Assembly (NCBI GenBank): GCA_963990035.1
Contig: CAXDMJ010000001.1
Span: 10,622 to 74,621, forward strand
Reading direction: 5' to 3'
DNA: 64,000 nt
DNA from: an uncultured Candidatus Poseidoniales archaeon
Lineage (GTDB): Archaea; Thermoplasmatota; Poseidoniia; Poseidoniales; Thalassarchaeaceae
Each line of letters opens with the position of its first letter. Position 1 is the stretch's first letter. This document shows, in pieces, positions 9,800 through 19,255 of the stretch. The translations under genes were made by a program, and so were the position numbers. Below the pieces are notes generated by a model, which worked only from the letters and a program-made list of their open reading frames with translations, was not told where the DNA came from and made no database searches.

Positions 9800-11815
9800 A
9801 TGAGAGGGGAGTCGAGTGCTAGAGCCTTGGCGTTAGTTGCATTATTATTCGTCTCCTTTTTGAGTGCCCCCTCTTATGCTCAAGACTCACAAGATGATAC
9901 TACAACTTGTTGCAGTGATACCGATTTTAACTTGTTTTTATTAGATGAGTCAGCAAATGGAAGACTATCTCCATTTGAAAGTGAATTATCAGAAGAATTT
10001 ACAGCAACAGTTTCAGCATGGCAACAAGGAGAAATAGAAGTAGGATCTTGGGAATTGATATGGGGAACAGAGGGAGATTATCCAACACAGACATGGTCAT
10101 TCACTATTCCATACTTAGTTGAAGGTGCGGTAGGTGTTACAATAAACTCAACAGTAGATATTAGAATAGGAGGTTCTTTTTACTCAGGAAATACTGGTTT
10201 TAGTGGAGTTGAGCCATTCTTAGAAGCTGCTGGGAATCTAGAAATTTCGGTACAAGTATCATCTGGTACTGTAAATGATGGAGATAAGGTTGAAGTTTCT
10301 CTAGCTGTCAATAGTTTACTTTTTTCTAATCCAACACAAGATGCAGGTCTGAATTTCTATTGGGGGTCAGATGAATCTGATGCAAAAGTAACTGGACGTA
10401 TGCCACTAGTAGATATTAAAATTAAAGAGGCAAGTGTCACATCAGGATTAGTATATTTCCCTATAACAGTTAATTCAGGATTTGATGGAGATATGTGGTC
10501 ATTATCTACTGGAAGTTTTTCATTGCAAGGTACACTTCTGACCCTTAGCCCGATAGCTACAACATTAGAATCAGGTGTTGAAGTGACATTTGTTTGGGAA
10601 ATGCCAGAAGGCACTGAAAGTGGCATTTATACTACAGAATTCATCATATCCCCTCAATCCGGATTGGAGATTTATACCTCGAAATCTCATGAGATAGATG
10701 TTGGAGAAAATAGTGGTGGTGGAGGAGGCTATTACCCTTCATCTGAACCGTTACGGACCAGTGGTTCAATAGTAAATGTTGAAATAGATGCAAAATTTGA
10801 AGGAGATACAATTCAAAAGAAAATAGAAATTTCATTCGATAGTGCTATGTCTCAATGGATGAGATGGGGAATGGATAATATTGGTAATACAAGTCTTGAT
10901 TCCAATAGTTGGTGGAAGAATCTTAATTCATATTCAGACTCAGTTGCTACTTCAAATAGAAATAATGGGAAGGTAGATGATGATGAATTATTAGCATTAA
11001 CCTCACATATCACTGGTTCATCATCAGATATGAGATCATTCATGCAAAATGGTCTTTCACTAGATATTGAATCAATCATAGGAATAAATCCAGTCGAATT
11101 AGGACCTACTGAATATCAGATAGACATGGGTGGAACTAGATCATTTGCAGCTGAAACTATTACGATTAAAATTGACACCTCATACTCAGTTATAAATAAT
11201 GAGAGGCAACTTTTAATTGAAAATTTCATACGCAATCCCACCAATAATTATTGGAAAGAAGTTAATATAGATGTGGAAATCAAGTCTACAATGTTAGCAG
11301 GTTTAGGACCAGTATCTGCTGATAATTTAGAGTTTAGTCATAGAAGATGGATTTTCCTAGAAACAGTTCAAATTAATGAACAAATTGAAGAAAATGAAGA
11401 TTTTAGGATAGAATTCCTACCATCAGGAAATATGGCTTTTAGCCCTTTAATTTCAGCAATGATTTCAGTTTTTGCTTTGTGTGTCGCTATAGTAATGGGT
11501 CTATTCCTTACTAGAAAAAGAAGTAGTGTCCCATCATTAATTGCAGTAGTAGCATTAGGAGGACTGTCTTTTGTGGTCTATATATTAGGTATGCCAATGC
11601 AAATTGTTCTAGCAATAGTAGCTTCAAGTGTATTACTGGTATTCCCGATATCTCTTGTATCCCCAAGATCTATTGGAGATGGTAGTGTAACTAACAAAAG
11701 AGGACCTAAAATAAATTGTCCTGCTTGTGGTACGAGTAATCCTGTTGAATCAAAAGTACGGCCCCTAAGATTAGAGTGTTCAGGATGTGACGTAATGCTA
11801 AGAATTGAAGAATAA
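9800..11815 (+). CDS. Secreted/membrane protein: signal peptide, ~540-aa ectodomain, C-terminal TM helices, cytoplasmic zinc-ribbon tail
   Basis: The signal peptide is 'ALALVALLFVSFLSAPSYA-QD'. There are three hydrophobic helices near aa 550-640. The terminal 'CPACGTSNPVESKVRPLRLECSGCDVMLRIEE' is a CxxC...CxxC ribbon. Confidence 0.55.
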   Translation: MRGESSARALALVALLFVSFLSAPSYAQDSQDDTTTCCSDTDFNLFLLDESANGRLSPFESELSEEFTATVSAWQQGEIEVGSWELIWGTEGDYPTQTWSFTIPYLVEGAVGVTINSTVDIRIGGSFYSGNTGFSGVEPFLEAAGNLEISVQVSSGTVNDGDKVEVSLAVNSLLFSNPTQDAGLNFYWGSDESDAKVTGRMPLVDIKIKEASVTSGLVYFPITVNSGFDGDMWSLSTGSFSLQGTLLTLSPIATTLESGVEVTFVWEMPEGTESGIYTTEFIISPQSGLEIYTSKSHEIDVGENSGGGGGYYPSSEPLRTSGSIVNVEIDAKFEGDTIQKKIEISFDSAMSQWMRWGMDNIGNTSLDSNSWWKNLNSYSDSVATSNRNNGKVDDDELLALTSHITGSSSDMRSFMQNGLSLDIESIIGINPVELGPTEYQIDMGGTRSFAAETITIKIDTSYSVINNERQLLIENFIRNPTNNYWKEVNIDVEIKSTMLAGLGPVSADNLEFSHRRWIFLETVQINEQIEENEDFRIEFLPSGNMAFSPLISAMISVFALCVAIVMGLFLTRKRSSVPSLIAVVALGGLSFVVYILGMPMQIVLAIVASSVLLVFPISLVSPRSIGDGSVTNKRGPKINCPACGTSNPVESKVRPLRLECSGCDVMLRIEE

Positions 11816-12670
11816 TTAAGTCATTCCATCACGAATTAATTTATCGATTAATTTACTTGACGCAATATTTGCATTCGACTCATCCCAATATTTTCTTGCA
11901 AATGAGATCTGCCCTGCTAAATCTGTAGACCAACCAGGAGCCATCACACAGTGCCATACAATCTCTTCTAGCCTAGATGTAGAAGGAGTAGATCGAACGA
12001 GAGACGAACGTACAAGATGAGATAAGGCTCTAGCCCTACCTTCCTTGTCTAAATTAATCCATCTTGAAGAGATTGCTGTTAGTGCATTTTCATCTATCCA
12101 ATCATAATCTGAAACATTGGGTTCGGAAACTTCAGGTAAGGGGACCACTCTAATCACCCCCTCATCTGAAAGAAAGTCCCTTAAGGCAGAATAAACAGGG
12201 TCGTAAGTATGATCTAAAGCAGAATTTATCCAATTACCAGAAAGTATCCAGGGCCTTAATTTACGAGTACGAATACCATGAGGAGAGATCAATTGAGCTA
12301 AGGCATGAGACTGAACTACAGAAGTTAATGGACCCTTACGAGAATCTCCCTTATGCCCAGTCAAACCCTCGACTACTAAAGATGAGATTGTCAATCGAAA
12401 AGGGTTGGTTTGCATCTTAGTATTTGATGAATCATCATCAATAATTTTAATCCAAGGACTATTTTGAGGTTCAGTACCACTGAATTTTCTACGATATGAA
12501 ATCCCATTATCAACAAGTGATGCCTCAATTGCAACTATAGATAGTGAACCAATAAGAGTTGGTTCACATAAAAGCAAAAGTGAATCACTTAATCTATTAA
12601 TCTCTAATGATGCTGCAACTAATGTTTCAGACACATCAGAGAATTGATTCTCATCAACCAGCACCCTCAT
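11816..12670 (-). CDS. Hypothetical protein, possibly a truncated catalytically dead DHH/RecJ(GAN)-like protein
   Basis: 'SDSLLLLCEPTLIGSLSIVAIEASLVDNGISYRRKF' follows the pattern of DHH motif I-II (vlI.sH.DaDGi.Sa.il..aL...g) but with the Asp/His residues replaced. The gene lies immediately downstream of rps15, a neighbourhood I recall for archaeal RecJ homologues. Confidence 0.35.
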   Translation of the reverse strand: MRVLVDENQFSDVSETLVAASLEINRLSDSLLLLCEPTLIGSLSIVAIEASLVDNGISYRRKFSGTEPQNSPWIKIIDDDSSNTKMQTNPFRLTISSLVVEGLTGHKGDSRKGPLTSVVQSHALAQLISPHGIRTRKLRPWILSGNWINSALDHTYDPVYSALRDFLSDEGVIRVVPLPEVSEPNVSDYDWIDENALTAISSRWINLDKEGRARALSHLVRSSLVRSTPSTSRLEEIVWHCVMAPGWSTDLAGQISFARKYWDESNANIASSKLIDKLIRDGMT

Positions 12671-12716
12671 GATGCACCGTAGAGGTTCTTAGTTCAAATC
12701 TTATGCATAGAAGTAA

Positions 12717-13172
12717 TCATTCTACCATTAGTCTTAGTTGATCACGCTTGTAAGCCCAACTAGATGACAATCGACCAGTTTCCTTGTAATATCTTGCTAA
12801 ACGACGAATTCTAGATTCACATAACTCTAATTGACGGCGATTATGTAAATCTTTTCTGTTTGAACCAAGATGATCAATTAAACTCAGAGCCTTACGCATA
12901 AGATTCATCATATCTTCAGGGTATGTTGAAGTAATATCATTACGAGTTAATGTTTGAGAAATTCTTTCACCCATTACTAAACGAACATCAGGTACAGCAT
13001 GCATATCTCTGAGCATTGTACCGATTTTAGCGGATGAATGGCCATCTTTTGCATACTTTAAAATTAGTTCTTCTACTGTTCCTTTATCAGATTCTGCCCA
13101 AGAAGGTACCACATCATTATTTGGCTTAGAAGAACCACTTGTTCCTTTTCCTTTGCTGTGCATACGCGCCAT
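12717..13172 (-). CDS. rps15p: 30S ribosomal protein S15P/S13e (uS15)
   Basis: It has the 'MARMHSKGKGTSGSSKP' N-terminus and is 151 aa with a typical S13e/S15P layout. GAGGT lies 6 nt upstream of the ATG. Confidence 0.9.
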   Translation of the reverse strand: MARMHSKGKGTSGSSKPNNDVVPSWAESDKGTVEELILKYAKDGHSSAKIGTMLRDMHAVPDVRLVMGERISQTLTRNDITSTYPEDMMNLMRKALSLIDHLGSNRKDLHNRRQLELCESRIRRLARYYKETGRLSSSWAYKRDQLRLMVE

Positions 13173-13246
13173 ATCAAGACCTCAGTTATCCGGCCGACCT
13201 GCTGCCCCTCTTTAATCGCTACGCAAACTCATACAACCAATTTCAC

Positions 13247-15031
13247 TTACAAACGGTGCTGAGCGCGTGCTAATCTACTAGGCCCATCGGGCCATTCCCA
13301 TCCTGCTGCCTCAGCTCTTGCAGACCCTATTAGGTTACTATCTTGATACACTAAAACCTCATCTCCTATTCTTATATTGCCTTTAATTTCAATAACATTT
13401 GATGCAAATAAATCGCCACGCCAATCAAATCCAGGTATTAAATGGGCTTCAGGGAATTTACCACTATCTGCAAGTAATGGTAAACATGCCTTCGTAAATG
13501 AAAAGCGTCCTAAGCGAGGATTCCATAATGCTAGTTGAGTACCATCTTTGCGAATCGTGAAAATAGGTGGTCGACCTTGAATTCCAGTATCCTCGAGCCA
13601 TTTATCGGTTCCATGTTGAAATCTTGATAGAGACATTAGCTTACCTAATCTATGTTTACTTTCTTTTAAATCAATAAGACTAAAATCTTCCACTGATTGA
13701 TTAACAATTCGCTCAAGATTATCCAATGCATCAGATGAACCAGCAGTCATACCTTGCCTAGTATCAATAATCTCAACCGAATCTAATTCTAAACTTATTC
13801 CACTATGATTAATAACTCGAGAAAAATTATTTCGAGAAACATATTCAGATATCATTTCTCTTATTACTCTGAGTTCATCGATGTCCCAATCACCAGTTAC
13901 AGGGATATCATAATTAGCAGCAGGCCAAAGATCTTCTAATTCCCTAGGTACTAAGCCAAGAGGTGCTGTAACTATGACTTCATGTATAGAATTTGAGTTT
14001 ATTGAACGACTAAATCTTTTATGAGATGAAGATAAACGATATGGTTTGGTAGCGGAGCAAGGTAATAACAAGAGAACTTGTGATTGATGTAAAGGAGGTG
14101 TATGATCTCTTGCAACTCTTTTTCGCCAATCCTGTATTAATGGGTCATCTCTACTAGAGTAACTATGGCATCTTAACTCAAAATATTGACCTTTAACACG
14201 CGATAAACCTGATATGCTACCATCTATGTCAGACATTTTGGAATCATGGAGGCGTAATCTTTCAACAGAACGAGGACTAGATATTGCTTGTTTCTCCACT
14301 AATTCCCTAAGATTACCAGCCCTTATTGCAACCCTAGTGGCTGCAAGAGAATTTTTCCATGCATTAATTTGAGATTCCATAGAAGAATCTTCATCAATTG
14401 ATTGTTCAATTTCTCGAGGACCATTTTCAGTTAATAGTATGTCTAGAGAACAGGCATGCCTAGATCGAGCTAAATCAAATAAGTCAGCACCCATCCAAGT
14501 TAAAATTGCACAATTGTCAGGACCTCCTATGCCAGGAGTCCAAATTAAAGATGAAGGGAAACGAGTTCTGAGTATATACAATGCTTCACTCAATAATCCC
14601 TTTTGATTAGCTAACTGGGGGGCATCTGTAAGAATAATAATTGATGGAAGAAGATTTTCGTCATTTAATGATAAATCATGATGAAGAGATTGCCAAGACA
14701 CTGGTAATATTTCCTTACCTATTGCAAATTCACCCGAATTAGATTCTACTAAACTTGGGGGTAAAACCAGTCCTTCTGTAGCGCTCCACTGATCTAAGCT
14801 ATCGAAAGGTAAAGTAAGATTCGTACGAGTGTTCATACTCAACTTAGCAGGTAGAGATTTAGAATCTCTAGAAAATTCAAATGGTGCTAGAGAAAAAGGC
14901 AATTTCACATCATCTTTATTCAGAATAAGAGCAGGGGTCCATGAACTGGGAGAATTTCTATCTCCAAGACTAAATAAACGTGCAAAACGCTGTCTTGCGA
15001 CAACACTACGGGCTAACGGTCGTTCATCCAT
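13247..15031 (-). CDS. arcS: Archaeosine synthase ArcS (TGT-like N-domain, PC-x3-KPY motif, C-terminal PUA)
   Basis: 'LLLPCSATKPY' matches the ArcS PCX3KPY signature. The C-terminal 'IRIGDEVLVYQDSNLIGSARA' is PUA-like. The length is ~590 aa. Confidence 0.75.
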   Translation of the reverse strand: MDERPLARSVVARQRFARLFSLGDRNSPSSWTPALILNKDDVKLPFSLAPFEFSRDSKSLPAKLSMNTRTNLTLPFDSLDQWSATEGLVLPPSLVESNSGEFAIGKEILPVSWQSLHHDLSLNDENLLPSIIILTDAPQLANQKGLLSEALYILRTRFPSSLIWTPGIGGPDNCAILTWMGADLFDLARSRHACSLDILLTENGPREIEQSIDEDSSMESQINAWKNSLAATRVAIRAGNLRELVEKQAISSPRSVERLRLHDSKMSDIDGSISGLSRVKGQYFELRCHSYSSRDDPLIQDWRKRVARDHTPPLHQSQVLLLLPCSATKPYRLSSSHKRFSRSINSNSIHEVIVTAPLGLVPRELEDLWPAANYDIPVTGDWDIDELRVIREMISEYVSRNNFSRVINHSGISLELDSVEIIDTRQGMTAGSSDALDNLERIVNQSVEDFSLIDLKESKHRLGKLMSLSRFQHGTDKWLEDTGIQGRPPIFTIRKDGTQLALWNPRLGRFSFTKACLPLLADSGKFPEAHLIPGFDWRGDLFASNVIEIKGNIRIGDEVLVYQDSNLIGSARAEAAGWEWPDGPSRLARAQHRL

Positions 15032-15093
15032 ATATACTGCGGACGAAGCATTTCGCTTGAAGCATTCTAAGAGGAGGCCCTGTCCGAAGAGGC

Positions 15094-17220
15094 ATGGGAC
15101 GTGTAGTTGCGCTGTTCATGACAATATTATTTATTGGCGCTAGCGCAGTTAGCGTTAGTGGTCAATCAGATGAAAAAATATTATTGATTGAAGAAGATAT
15201 AGACTATTCAGGACCTTTTTGGTATAGTATAACTTGCCAAGAAGTTAATTGTCCAGGATTAACTTTAGAGATTAATGATGGTTCAGAGAATCACACATTA
15301 CAAAATGAACATGTAATAGAATGGTCTGGAGTATTGGTTGCAGGATCAAAATTAAGTATTTCATCTAGTCAGGGAATTTCAATCAATGATATTTCTATTA
15401 AAATGATTAAGGTCGAGGATTTAACACTCATTGAACAAGGAGACCTCATAGATTCAATTCCATCCCCAGGGAATCAGGGCAATTATCAAACTATAGTTAC
15501 ATCAGATGTTTGTAATTTGGGTGTTTGTAATTCAAGTATACAAGAATCTCAAAGAAGATTAGATTTCATAGGTATTTTAGATAACTATTCGGATAAGGAT
15601 TCTATAAGGATTTTTGGACATTATGGAGACATTATAGAAGTCTCAGAGATTAATGGTAACGAAAATATAAAAATTGAAGTTTGGATAAGAGATAATAATC
15701 AAAAAGAGTTGATTATAAATGACCTCACACATTCTGAATCTCATCTTTTTGAATATCCTAATGAGGGTGAATTATGGCTGAGAGTAAGTTCAGATTCAAA
15801 TAAGGAACTGAATCCATATAAATTCACTATTTACAGAAATAATCAGTCAAATGAATCACCGATAGGAGGGGAACTATCTGTGCCATGGAATCATGGAGAT
15901 GCATTAACTTACCATGATTCATGGTCATACGAATCATATATTTCTGAATCTGACATAGATGGAGATTCACTACTTTTCAGTATAGGTTCAGATACTAAGG
16001 TTGGATTAGAGTGTTTATCCAGTAATATTGATATTACTTTTGAAATATATCTAGTTACTTTTACTGGAGAGAAAGAAAATATTTCTTTAATCAATGGTAC
16101 TTGTCCAGAAGAAATTCAATCTAATGAAGATACTAATTCAATAGAACTGAGGATTAAATCTGAGATAACAACTCGATGGAATATTTCATTCATAGAGATA
16201 CAACCATTAGATGGAGAGTTATTGGGAGATGCTCCCGAATCAAGATGGCTTAAAAGTCCGGATAAGAGATGGAGTAATATTGAACTTAGCACAGATTTTT
16301 CAGGACATCTACATATTGGAGATAATGTAGATATTTATTCAATCAGAATTACTGATCTAAATGGTTCTCGAATTTTTCTTAATGAACTGATTAAATCAGA
16401 GGTCAACTATACTATCCAAGAGATTAATCAAGAAAATGGTAATCTTGTAAATACATCTAATGGTGAGACTATTGTATTACCATATGGGAATCACTCATTA
16501 AGAATTGAAAGAAGAGCAAATCTAGATGTAGAAGTAAATTATAATTTCAAAATTGAATATTTAGGCGAATATAAGATACCTATAATTATGGATTATGAAG
16601 ATTTATCATGGATGTTTGATGATTTTTACACACTCATTGGAGTATTAATGCTAACCCCTCTAATGATTGTTATATTTTGGAATAGGAAGGTAATTATCAG
16701 TCGAAAGAAGATATCTAATATGGTTCAATCTCATGATGAAAAGAGATTGTTAAGAATTAAGGAAAGACTTTCAGAACAATTAAAAAAAGAAGATTCTAAA
16801 AATCAAATAGTTATAGAATCTGCTTTAGAACAACTTGGAAAAAGTCCTTGGAATACAATAAATGAAGTATGGGGTAAACCAATTCTCACTCACATGACTG
16901 AGGAAATAGAAATATGTGCATGGAAAATACAAGAAGAAAATAAGAACCTACTTTTAGGAATCAAAGTAAGTAACTGGGATTGGACAATGGCTGCTATGAA
17001 AATTCATTTCCCAGAAGGAGCCAAACTTACTATTACAGATATTTATCCTAAGCATTTATTTCAAGATGATGAAATATTTCTTGGTACTATGAAGAAACAT
17101 ACTCAGATATTCATCAGATTATCTATTGCTGGAGAATCTGCTAACTTAGCATTCCAATTATCTGGATTAGTAAATGGAGAACCTTTAGCTGCAGTGCCAA
17201 ATAAAGTCATTCAATGGTAA
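15094..17220 (+). CDS. Type-I membrane protein: signal peptide, ~500-aa ectodomain, TM helix, ~170-aa cytoplasmic domain
   Basis: The signal peptide is 'VVALFMTILFIGASAVSVSG-QS' and the TM helix is 'LIGVLMLTPLMIVIFW'. No catalytic motif is recognised. Confidence 0.5.
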   Translation: MGRVVALFMTILFIGASAVSVSGQSDEKILLIEEDIDYSGPFWYSITCQEVNCPGLTLEINDGSENHTLQNEHVIEWSGVLVAGSKLSISSSQGISINDISIKMIKVEDLTLIEQGDLIDSIPSPGNQGNYQTIVTSDVCNLGVCNSSIQESQRRLDFIGILDNYSDKDSIRIFGHYGDIIEVSEINGNENIKIEVWIRDNNQKELIINDLTHSESHLFEYPNEGELWLRVSSDSNKELNPYKFTIYRNNQSNESPIGGELSVPWNHGDALTYHDSWSYESYISESDIDGDSLLFSIGSDTKVGLECLSSNIDITFEIYLVTFTGEKENISLINGTCPEEIQSNEDTNSIELRIKSEITTRWNISFIEIQPLDGELLGDAPESRWLKSPDKRWSNIELSTDFSGHLHIGDNVDIYSIRITDLNGSRIFLNELIKSEVNYTIQEINQENGNLVNTSNGETIVLPYGNHSLRIERRANLDVEVNYNFKIEYLGEYKIPIIMDYEDLSWMFDDFYTLIGVLMLTPLMIVIFWNRKVIISRKKISNMVQSHDEKRLLRIKERLSEQLKKEDSKNQIVIESALEQLGKSPWNTINEVWGKPILTHMTEEIEICAWKIQEENKNLLLGIKVSNWDWTMAAMKIHFPEGAKLTITDIYPKHLFQDDEIFLGTMKKHTQIFIRLSIAGESANLAFQLSGLVNGEPLAAVPNKVIQW

Positions 17221-18372
17221 TTAGCCTCTACGACGAGATTTAGCCTCATCACGTATTTTAGTTTTCAATTCTTCATCTGAATAATTTAAATTATCTTTAA
17301 TATCTAATAATTTTTTCTTTAAATCACGAGAGATTTTGACAGGAATATCTAACTTCAAAAGAACCATTACAGATCCTCTACCATTACGTGATCTTTGGTT
17401 AGGGAGACCTCTTCCTTTCAGAGAGAGAGTTTGACCAGGTATGGAACCTGAAGGTACCTTCACCTTCAAGATTTCACCATCTAAATGAGGAATCTCAATT
17501 GTAGTACCAAGTACTAAATCAGTATAACTTAGTGGAATAGCCATTAATAAATCTGCACCATCTCTTTCAAACCATTCATGTTCTTCAATATCAATCTCGA
17601 TGTATAAATGCCCAGGATCTCCTGTCTCAGTTTTAGAAGATTCACCATGGCCAGACATACGAAGCCTAGTCCCATTTTCTATTCCCGGAGGAACACTAAA
17701 TTGCACTTCCTTTGATTCATTAGCACGACCTTCACCTTGACAGTTAGAGCATGGGTCCATTACAATACGGCCCTCACCTCTACAAGATGAACAATCACTA
17801 ACCACTTGTTGTGTAAATGGTCCGACCCTCTCTATTTTTTGAATACGCCCCCTACCATCGCATGCAGGACATTCTCGTACACCATCTTGAGTTGGAGAAC
17901 CAACGCCATTACAGTCCTTACATGTTTTAAGAACATCAAACTCTATTGATGCCTTACAGCCATCCATTACCTGATTAAATGATATTATATGCCTAACAAG
18001 TAAATCAGAACCTCTTTGCCTCTTTGCTCGACGATTTCCTGTGGAGCCAAATATTGAACCGAATACACTCTCAAAGCCCCCTCCAAATAAATCTTCAATA
18101 CTAATATTGACTCCTTCGAAACCACTGGAACCAAATGGAGAGCCACCCGGTCTATTATGCCCATAAGTATCATATTTTCTTTTCTCATTTGGATCTGATA
18201 AAATCGCATAAGCTTCTTGAACTTCTTTAAATTTAACTTCCGATTCTGAATCACCCTGATTTTTATCAGGATGATATTTTCTTGCTAGACTACGGAATGC
18301 ATTTTTTATTTCGGCAGCACTTGAATTTCTCTTCAATCCAAGAATTTCATAATAATCTCTCTTATTTGCCAT
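17221..18372 (-). CDS. dnaJ: Chaperone DnaJ (type I Hsp40)
   Basis: The J-domain is 'DYYEILGL...YHPDKN', followed by a G/F-rich linker. There are four CxxCxGxG zinc-finger repeats (CKDCNGVG, CPACDGRG, CSSCRGEG, CSNCQGEG). Confidence 0.92.
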   Translation of the reverse strand: MANKRDYYEILGLKRNSSAAEIKNAFRSLARKYHPDKNQGDSESEVKFKEVQEAYAILSDPNEKRKYDTYGHNRPGGSPFGSSGFEGVNISIEDLFGGGFESVFGSIFGSTGNRRAKRQRGSDLLVRHIISFNQVMDGCKASIEFDVLKTCKDCNGVGSPTQDGVRECPACDGRGRIQKIERVGPFTQQVVSDCSSCRGEGRIVMDPCSNCQGEGRANESKEVQFSVPPGIENGTRLRMSGHGESSKTETGDPGHLYIEIDIEEHEWFERDGADLLMAIPLSYTDLVLGTTIEIPHLDGEILKVKVPSGSIPGQTLSLKGRGLPNQRSRNGRGSVMVLLKLDIPVKISRDLKKKLLDIKDNLNYSDEELKTKIRDEAKSRRRG

Positions 18373-18422
18373 TAACTCACCTAAATATTCCTTTAATCAG
18401 TCCTCTTTGAATAATTCCATTC

Positions 18423-19187
18423 TCAAGATATGTAAGTACCACATGATGTACAGTAAGGATTTGCAGAATTATTCAACGTTCCACATTCCTTACATGAAAC
18501 TACAGATTTTGTTAAATTTGGAGAAGATGGCATGTCCCAATGATTATCGGTATTATCAGAATATTTTTTTGATTGTGAGACGTCAGAGGCCTTAGATTTT
18601 CTTTTCATATCTTTTCTTTCTGCTTTTACTCGTTTTTTCTCTAATCTTTTAGATGCAGATTTTTCTAATCTTCTAGACAAAAATGATTTTGTAGATTTCC
18701 CATCACTATTTTCTAATACCTTTTCATCTATAATTGTATTAACTGAACGATGATGGGTTCTAATTTCAATATCTATATCCTCATCAACTTCAATTTCTGA
18801 AGACTCAACATTTAATGAACCAATGCTACCTGACATTTTTGCCTGGGCAATTACAGCTTTGCGACCTTTCAGTTTTGATTTTGATTTTTCTTCAAGTTTC
18901 AATATCGCACTTTCACTCTTATCCCAAAGTCCTTTATCTTCTTGGGAATATGACTTACCAAGCCTTCTAATTACAGCAGATCTATGGTACTCATGGTCTT
19001 CTACTACTCGATACCTTAGATACATCACAATACCAATTAAAATGGCTAGACTATGAATACCTAATTCAAGAATGAGGTTATTAGAGATTACCTCATTAAC
19101 TACTGGTAGACCATATCTGAGAGCAAAAACGCATAGACTTGGCATGAAAAATAGTGCGCCTGCCACTGTACCTGAGCGCTCAACCAT
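18423..19187 (-). CDS. Membrane protein with K/S/E-rich linker and C-terminal zinc ribbon
   Basis: There are two N-terminal hydrophobic helices and a terminal 'CKECGTLNNSANPYCTSCGTYIS'. The track start at 19202 is TTG. The first ATG is at 19187. Confidence 0.5.
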   Translation of the reverse strand: MVERSGTVAGALFFMPSLCVFALRYGLPVVNEVISNNLILELGIHSLAILIGIVMYLRYRVVEDHEYHRSAVIRRLGKSYSQEDKGLWDKSESAILKLEEKSKSKLKGRKAVIAQAKMSGSIGSLNVESSEIEVDEDIDIEIRTHHRSVNTIIDEKVLENSDGKSTKSFLSRRLEKSASKRLEKKRVKAERKDMKRKSKASDVSQSKKYSDNTDNHWDMPSSPNLTKSVVSCKECGTLNNSANPYCTSCGTYIS

Positions 19188-19255
19188 GATACTTGCCACC
19201 AACTATTCAATTTCAATCATTCGCGTACTTGGGAGATGATTCAAGCAGAGAACTC

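Noticed and set aside
14829-15143. A 104-aa plus ORF bridges the arcS N-terminus and the divergent intergenic region.
   Set aside because: It mostly overlaps arcS antisense and runs into the next gene's start in another frame. Its basic low-complexity translation suggests it is spurious.
18407-19056. Plus-strand ORFs 18407-18595 and 18823-19056.
   Set aside because: They are antisense to the 254-aa zinc-ribbon membrane-protein gene. They are short and carry no motifs.
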